A stretch of 52,397 nucleotides of DNA from a virus (lineage: Duplodnaviria; Caudoviricetes), in IMG/VR virus record IMGVR_UViG_3300030406_002796, positions 1 through 52,397 of that record; one strand, given 5' to 3'. The position numbers and the translations under genes were made by a program. Within the stretch, counting starts at the first letter, position 1, and each line of letters begins with the position of its first letter. The notes under the pieces are model-generated. The model saw only the letters and a list, made by a program, of their open reading frames with translations, was not told where the DNA came from and searched no databases. Of the stretch, positions 36,145-44,400 are shown one piece after another.

Positions 36145-37077
36145 ATGAGCGAAACAAATTATATGTATAACATACCTAACATACCTGCTGATCAAACTGG
36201 AGGGCAAGCTGGAGGTAATGTAAACTATCAATATCAAATACCTTTTCTTCCTGGTGGTGGTGGTGATGCTAGCTATGGCCCAACAAATCAAACAGCTGGT
36301 AATGTACTTGGTAATGTAGCTACTAATGTAGTTAGCAATGTAGCGACAGATGCTTTAAGCAATGTAGCTACTAACGTTATGGGCGATGTTGTAAAAAAGG
36401 GTTTAGGCTCTGGTATTGCTGGTGCTCTAGGTAGTGTAGCAACCCCACTTGGCATTGGGTTATCTTTAGCTAGTAGTGTGATAGGATTTAGAAAAGCTAG
36501 AAAAGCAGAAAGGGCAGCTAAACGAAGAGCTAAAAAAGCTGAAGCTGAAAGAAAAAGACAAGAAGAAGCTTATAGAAATTTAGATACAAGTAATCCGTAT
36601 TTAAATATGGAAAATACAATGGAAGATTTAACTATAAATCAAAAGCAATCTCAGTTTGAAAAAGAGCAGTTTCAACAAGGTCAAGCTAATATACTAGATA
36701 GTTTACGAGGATCGGCTGGCGGTGGTGGTGTAGCAGCATTAGCACAAACGCTAGCTAGAGAAAATCAGTTAGCTTCTCAAAGAGCTGCCGCTGATATAGG
36801 TAGACAAGAAGCTGCTAATCAGCAAGCTGAAAGAGCAATGGCTGGTAACATACAAAGCGCAGAACGAGAAGGTGAAGTTTATTCAAGAAATTTAGAAAGA
36901 TCAAAAACAGAAACTTTATTTGGTATGGCGCAGCAAAGAGCTGCTGCTAGTAAAAAAGCTGTAGCAGATGCTAAGGCGGCTAAGATGCAGGCTATAACCG
37001 GTGGTTTAATGGGAGCTGCTAATATGTTTGCTGGATTTGGCGCACAGCCTGGAACTAGTGATGAAGATACAGAGTAA
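36145..37077 (+). CDS. putative ejected (pilot/DNA-transfer) protein
   Basis: Gly/Ala hydrophobic segment followed by basic and Q/A-rich coiled coil; NVAT repeats. Confidence 0.6.
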   Translation: MSETNYMYNIPNIPADQTGGQAGGNVNYQYQIPFLPGGGGDASYGPTNQTAGNVLGNVATNVVSNVATDALSNVATNVMGDVVKKGLGSGIAGALGSVATPLGIGLSLASSVIGFRKARKAERAAKRRAKKAEAERKRQEEAYRNLDTSNPYLNMENTMEDLTINQKQSQFEKEQFQQGQANILDSLRGSAGGGGVAALAQTLARENQLASQRAAADIGRQEAANQQAERAMAGNIQSAEREGEVYSRNLERSKTETLFGMAQQRAAASKKAVADAKAAKMQAITGGLMGAANMFAGFGAQPGTSDEDTE

Positions 37078-37095
37078 TAATAATAAATAATCAAT

Positions 37096-38439
37096 ATGAA
37101 TAGAGCATTAGTAGAAGGCGCTGCACAAGTAGCGGAGGCAAAAGAGCAAGCAAGGTCAGGGGACCTAATGGCTTCACAGGCGGCTACTAGCGTAGGTGCT
37201 TACTTAGCTGAAGGTATAGGTGCGGTTGTACAAAAAAGAAATAACGAGTTCAACGATATAATGAAAAAACAGTTAGGTAAAGAAGGCTTGACTAACGAAG
37301 AGTACCAAAGACTGTATAAAAAATTTAAACGAAGAAGAGGTGCTTTTGTTTATTTAGACAAAAAAGAGCAGATGGATTTTGAAAGAGACTTAATGGAGGA
37401 AGCAGAAGACTTTAAAAAAAATGAAGCTGATAGGGAAGAGATAGCAGAGATATTAACAGATGAAAGTAATGAAATAAATATAGAAGAAATAGATGATGGC
37501 GCTTTACAAGATATAGTAACAGGGGAAATAGAGCCTACTAAAGATGATAAAGGTAGAGTTGGTTACGCTTTAAATAGCGACGCTTTGAAAGAATTTGTTG
37601 TGCAAGACGAAAAAGGTAACAACGTATTAAAGAGTTACAAAGGAGCTTGGGAAGACAAAAGATTTACTATTTCTGAAGATGGTAAATATAAGACAGATAA
37701 GTTTGGTAATAAGTACACAAATGATAAAGCTGGTTTTCAAAAGTTTCAAAGAGATGCTAAACTGTACTGGATAAGAAAAGCTAGAGAAACAGGAGATAAA
37801 ATGTTAATGTATAATTCTACTACAGGCAAAAGAGAATATTTAACTCCAGATGAAGCAGAGGCTTTATTGAAAGATGAAAAGCAATTTGTCACAGTAGATG
37901 AGATAAAAGAACACGTAAACAGTAGAGCTAAGGATGTAAACTTAGCTAATCAGTTAGAAACAAATATGGTTAATGGATCACAGCAGGCCTCTAACTTAAA
38001 ACAAGGTGATAGCTTAGTTTTTCCTATAGAGCAAGCTAGAAGTAGGGTTGACAAGATGTTACAGGGAAAAGATTTGTATAAAGCTGCTACAAAAAATATG
38101 ATAGGTGATACTTCTTTTAAAGATGATTTAATGGAAAAGTTAACCACAATGGATTACACTTCTTTAGGTATAGATGAGAAAACTGTAAAAAGTTTAGACC
38201 CAACTAATGATGGTAAGATATCTAAAGACGATGCTAGAGTTATAACAAACAAAGTACTAGAAAACCAAAAGCTGTTAAAAGGAATGTTAACAGAATATTT
38301 TACTGCATATGCAGAAAGAGAATTTAACGCCAACATACCGCAGGAATTAAAAACACAAAAAGAAATGGCATTTGACGGTGACATTGCTGGAGCATTTGCT
38401 GGAGGGCAAATTAAAGATGGTGAGTGGATTCCTAATTAA
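37096..38439 (+). CDS. putative ejected internal virion protein with EF-hand-like loop
   Basis: Helical, charged; DPTNDGKISKDD. Confidence 0.55.
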   Translation: MNRALVEGAAQVAEAKEQARSGDLMASQAATSVGAYLAEGIGAVVQKRNNEFNDIMKKQLGKEGLTNEEYQRLYKKFKRRRGAFVYLDKKEQMDFERDLMEEAEDFKKNEADREEIAEILTDESNEINIEEIDDGALQDIVTGEIEPTKDDKGRVGYALNSDALKEFVVQDEKGNNVLKSYKGAWEDKRFTISEDGKYKTDKFGNKYTNDKAGFQKFQRDAKLYWIRKARETGDKMLMYNSTTGKREYLTPDEAEALLKDEKQFVTVDEIKEHVNSRAKDVNLANQLETNMVNGSQQASNLKQGDSLVFPIEQARSRVDKMLQGKDLYKAATKNMIGDTSFKDDLMEKLTTMDYTSLGIDEKTVKSLDPTNDGKISKDDARVITNKVLENQKLLKGMLTEYFTAYAEREFNANIPQELKTQKEMAFDGDIAGAFAGGQIKDGEWIPN

Positions 38440-38473
38440 TAAAATTAATAACACGGGTAACTAACGAAACAGT

Positions 38474-41400
38474 ATGAAAGAATATATATTAAATGGAAAG
38501 ACTGTAAAAGTCTCTTCAGAAAACGAACAAGCATTTATTAAAGCAAATCCTAATGCTAAAATAAAGGAAACAAGCTGGTGGCGAGGAGAAGAAGGTTGGA
38601 TTCCAGATGAACTAGAGTTCTGGAAAAGAAAAGAGGAGTCGCCGGGAAAGTCAATAGGGGCAAGTCAGCCCCAAGAAAATCAAACAGAAAATACGGATTC
38701 ATCTTCGGCAACTGGTTTGTTGGGGTTTGTAAAATATAAACTTGGTGAAAAGTTTGTTAAGGTAGCTCCTGCTAATACTAAAGCATTTGAAAAGGAAAAT
38801 CCAGAAGCTACGCAAGCAACCTTTCAAAAAGGAACTATATTAGATAAAATAACAGATGATAAAGATACTATACCACAAGATAAAGGTTATCTTTCAGAAT
38901 TAGTATTATCATTAAAGCAAGGTAAAAGAGGTTTAACTACTGATGGCGCCTTTGATTTAATGCGTCATGGTAAAAATATAACTGACGAAAAGTTACAAGA
39001 GTGGGTTAGAGATGTAGAAAAATATGGTGGCGTGCCACAAACTCAAGCTCAAATAGAATATAATAGAAAACTAGAAGAGAATGGTGGTGGAATATGGGGT
39101 CACATAAAAGTAATGAGTGATCCTAGAAATACGATGTTAAGTTTAGAGTGGGTACCTCAACAAATACTAGGTTCTCTATCTACTATGGCTACGTCTCTTT
39201 ATGGATCTGATGAAGTAAGAGTTTCTGCGGCTGGTGGTGCAGGAGCGGGTGCTGTGGCTACAAGAAGTCCTTATGGCGGTGTAGCTGGTGCTTATAGTGC
39301 TGGTATAGGTGCTATGGAAGCAGGTCTAGAATTTACTGAGTTATTAAAAGAAGAGTTAGCTGAAAAGGGTGTAGATCCAAATGATTATGATAATGGTTTT
39401 ACAGCTGACAATATTAGATCTTTGATATTAGAAGATCCAGCTTCTTTAGAAAAAATTAGAAAAAAAGCTCTAGCAAGAGGTATGTCTATGGCGGTAGTAG
39501 AAGCTATGACGTTTGGCGTAGCGAGAGGTACTGGTAAATTAGTGTTAGATAAAACAATGTCTAAAAGTAAAACAGCGCTTGCTGTTACTGGAACAGAGAT
39601 GGTTGGTGGTGCTGCTAGTGAAGCCGCTGGACAATTTGCGTCTGGAGGTACAGCAGAGCCTGGCGGGTTTAGTGTTCAAAAAGGTATTGAAAACTTAGAT
39701 AGTGGAGATATTTTTATTGAAGGTATATTAGAAGGGCCAACAGCTGTTTTAAATACTGACATATTATTTTCTGGATCAAGAGGTGAAAAGTATACTATTA
39801 ATGGAAGTGAGGTAACTAAAAAAAGAGTTGTTAGCATACTTCAAGATAATGATCTTACAACTCAAGAAAAAGCAAAAATTCTTTCTAATATAGAAATAAC
39901 TAACGATAAAACTCTACAGTCTTATTTAGATAAAGCTTTAAGTGATATAAATATAGAAATGAATATAGACGCTAGAGTTGTTGATAGAGCTGATAGAAAA
40001 CGTTTGGTTGAGCTAGAAAATCAAAGAAGAAAAGCAGAAGCTGATACTAAAAAAACTGGAGTGTTTTCTGTTTCAGATGCAGATAAAAAACTAAATGATA
40101 TAAATTTAGCTATAGAAGAAATACTAGCTCCATATCAAAATCAAATAGATAAAAATCTTTCAGATGTACAAATACAAAGAGATCAAGCAGCTGAGTTTAA
40201 TCAGAACATGTCCGAAAGAATTTTTAAAAGTAATTTAGAGTTTGCTAAAAAACATAGTGCCTTGTATGGTTTAAATGTAAATGATACTTTAACTAGAGAG
40301 GAAATACGTAAAGCCTATGGAGATGAGGCTGCTGATGCAGATGGATTTATTGATGGTGATCAAATAATTATAAATAGCGAGGTAGCTCAGTTTACAGATG
40401 CTGTTAATGTTGGTAACCACGAGTTGTTGCATGGTATACTTAGAAAAGAAATGAAGAACAACCCAAACCAATTTGCCAATATAAGGCAAGAGTTGTCTCA
40501 ACAAATAGGTAATCAATGGCAGTATGTAGAAAACAGAGTTAAAGAAGCTGGATATACAGAGCAGTATATGATAGAAAATCCTGATGAGTGGATTACGTTA
40601 ACTTCAGATGCTATAGCTAACGGTCAGATAACCTATAGTGAAAGTGTGTTCCAACCATTAATGGATTTTATTTTACCTATACTTAGGGCTGCTGGATTTA
40701 AGAAAATAAAGTTTGATAGTGGTAAAGATGTATTTGAGTTCTTAAAAGAATACAATAGAAGTATACACAAGGGCTCGCTGAGTAGTGGTATAGTTAGTGC
40801 TACACAAGGAGTAACGCAAGTTGAAGGAGGACCTAAGTTTGCTAAGTCTAATTTAGCTGGTATGTTAGATCGATTTGATGGTAACACTAGACGTATGATA
40901 AATCAAACTGTTGCTAGACAAGCTAATGGCGAACCAGTTGCGTTTAGAGAAGATAAATTTGGTAATTATATATCTAGTGTAGATTCAGAATTTGGACAAG
41001 AAGTAATGCCTATAGTTGAAAGTATAACAAAAAGATTATTTGATCCTATACCTACTAACATAGCAGATCAAGCCTCTGTATCAAGAGGTAGTTATCAATC
41101 AGATTTAGTAAATGAAGCTGCTACGTTAGTTAACAACGAGTATAATGGTAGACAACCACTTGATCAATTTGTTAGTAACAGATTAAATTTAAGAGCTCAA
41201 AGTTTAGCTCGTAGATTAGGTATAAAATCTGTAGAAGAAAGTTCTAAAGAAACAAGAATAAATCAAGGAGACTCTCAGCTACAAGTACAAGATAGAGACC
41301 AAACAGATACAGCGTTTGAAGAAAAAGATCTTTCACCACAACAGCAACGTAAAGATTTAAAAGAAGATACTAGACAAATAAACTCAGGTGAGTTTGTTAA

Positions 41401-44400
41401 AGATATATATATGTTTGACAACGAAACAACCATTGAGCCTTTGCGACAAACATTAAACGAAATTAATTACGACGCTAGCGGTTCTTACGAGCAGTTAGCT
41501 GCTGATATGGTTAGTCAACAAAACCCAGCAGAAAGTTCTAAAAACAAAGTTAAACCTACTGGTGTTTTATATCCCGCTCATAAATTACTATCAGAGTCTT
41601 ATTGGCAAGTTAATCCTAATTCTATAATAGCTAAACCTCAAACTCTAACGGTTCCAGAGTCTAATAATATTAGAACAAAAATAATAGAAGCTATAAAAAA
41701 TACTAGAACAAAAAAAGGTTTATCACCGGTAAAAAGAGTTGTAAGCGCTATATTACCAAAAACTAATTTAAATCCTAACACATTAACTTCTATAGGGCTA
41801 AGCACTAAAACATTAGAAGTATTTTATTTAGACAGAAATATAGAAACTGGTGAAACAACTAGACCTAAAAATTTAAAAGCTCAAGCGCTTAATATAAATA
41901 ACATGGCTGACTCTGATATACTAATGAACATTGGTATTACAAATGAGTTAACATTAATGCCTCATGATAGAAAATTTAATCCTATATTAAAAAGTTTTGT
42001 AAAGCAAGGTAATGCTTTAGTTATAAATCAAGAGATAAGAAGCTTAATAAAAGATCAAGCCGCTAACATTGGTGTTGGTAGACCAGATATATTATTTAGT
42101 AAGAGTGTTAAAAATTCTTATAGAAAAAGTCCTGCTGATTTAGCTAATGATTATAATATAAAATTAGTACCTGGTTCTTCTAAAACAAGAGCCAAAAACA
42201 GTATGTACAACGAAACCGAAACTTGGGCGCAGGCTAGAGACAGAGTGCTTAGAGAGTATTTAACCGAGTACCCTCAGTACAGAGTATTAATGCAAAAAGG
42301 TCTATGTGCTAGTAGTAAAAGAACTATGTATACTAGCGTTAAAGAGTTTAATGAAGCTGCTGGCCCTATGCCACCAGGTGTTGATATTATTAACGCTCTT
42401 AAAACTGAATATAATGTTAAAAGAAGGTTTACTCCAAAAGCTTTTAAAAAATTTAAAACAGAAAAATTTAAACAAGGTGAGGCAAAAAAATTAGAAACTT
42501 TGAAAGATTTTTTTGTGTCAATACAAGAATTTTCAGAGTCTAAAAAAATTGATGGAAAAGTAAGCCCTGATATGTTTTTGTTTTTAGAAATGTTAAGAGA
42601 TAGTTCGACTGGTGGCCAGGCTCATATTATTAGAATATTAGCTCCAGTTAAATTCTATACAGTTGACCAAAGAACTAGAAAACCAATATACGATAAAGAG
42701 GTTGTAGAAGAACATACTGATCCTCAAAATCAAATAGGTACAGCTTTAATGGACGCTGCTATAAACGGAAATGTAAACGAAGTGTTTGATGTTATAGGTG
42801 GTTCTTATATGCAAGGTTCTTTATTAGAAACGTCTGACAACTTGATAGCTAACAAAGAGAAAAACCCTAACAAAAGAGATTTAACTAGAGATATGCCAGA
42901 TTTTTATTTTGATGAGGTAATACCTAGAATAAAAAGTGGTGAACTAAAGTTACCAGATGGTATGGCATCTGTAGTTAGGATGGCGATACAAGGTGTAAAC
43001 TTAAATGAGCTAATGCTTATTGATTCTAATCAAACTATAGCAGAGTTTTTTAATGTTGGTATTGATACTAAAAATATGACTGATGCTCAAATAGAATATT
43101 TAATACCTTATCAAAATGACTTAATAATAAAACAGTTGACTACTAAAACGATGACCAAAACAAAGGCTCGTAATTCTATAAATAAAATATCTAAAACAGT
43201 TTACAAAAAAAATGCTAAACAACTACAATCTAGTTTAGATTCAAGTAAAGCTATTATTAATACATATAAATATAGTAAGTCTGGTAAAACAAGAGGTATG
43301 TCAACATTTGATTTTGATGATACATTAGGTTTTACTAAGTCTGGTGTTAGAGCTAATATACCTAACAACGATGGTCTACCTAAACCAGAGCGTAAAGTTA
43401 TATTCTTAGCTGGTGGTGCTGGTAGTGGTAAAGGTAACGTAATAAGAAAACTTAATTTAGAAAAAGACGGTTTTAAAATTGTAAACTCAGATATATCTTT
43501 AGAGTGGTTAAAGAAAAACTCAGGACTACCTGCTGATATGCGAGACTTAACTAAAGAACAAAGAAGCACATTAGGTAAGCTAGGAGCTCAAGCTAGAAAA
43601 ATAGCTAGAGGTAAAATGATGAAGTACCAGGGTAACGCAAATGGAGTTGTTGTCGATGGTACTGGTGGATCTGTTAGAACAATGCAGAAGTTAGTAGATG
43701 AATTTAAATCTAAGGGATATGATGTTAGCATGATATTTGTAGATACATCATTAGATGTAGCCTTACAACGTAACAGGGCTAGACAAGAAAGATCGTTGTT
43801 AGATAAAATAGTTATACGTAATCATGAAGCTGTTCAAGGAAATAAATCTTCTTTTAAAGAAATGTTTGGCGATAGATTTATGGAAGTTAATACAGATAAC
43901 TTAACGCAACAAAGCCCCATGCCGACTGATTTAGTTAACAATGTTACTGACTTTGTTTCTGGTTATGAAAGACGTAGATTAGATGCTGAAGAGTTTGCCG
44001 CAGAAGGAGATGCTATATTAGAACAAGGTGGTGAGTTTGATTTTTCAGAGTTTAATGATGTTGTTGACGGAACGCCAGGTCCTTTACTAGAAAAAGCTAG
44101 ACAAAGGGCAGCTAAGTATGGAACGAAAGACATGTTTGTTTTAACTGCTAGACCTCAAGCTGCCGCACCAGCGATAAAACAATTTTTAAAATCACAAGGT
44201 CTAGATATACCATTAAAAAATATAACTGGCTTAGCTAACAGCTCTGGTAATGCTAAGGCTCAATGGATGTTAGGTAAATTTGCAGAAGGCTATAACGATA
44301 TGTACTTTGTAGATGATGCTTTACAAAATGTTGAAGCCGTTAAACAGGTGTTAGATCAATTAGATATTAAGTCAGATGTTGTGCAAGCTAAAAGAAAGTT

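Noticed and set aside
43307-43327. DFDD in the giant protein as a virion RNA polymerase catalytic motif (crAss-type DxDxD)
   Set aside because: It reads FDFDDTL and is followed by LTAR, K and FVDD, the full HAD motif set; it lacks the third Asp at DxDxD spacing
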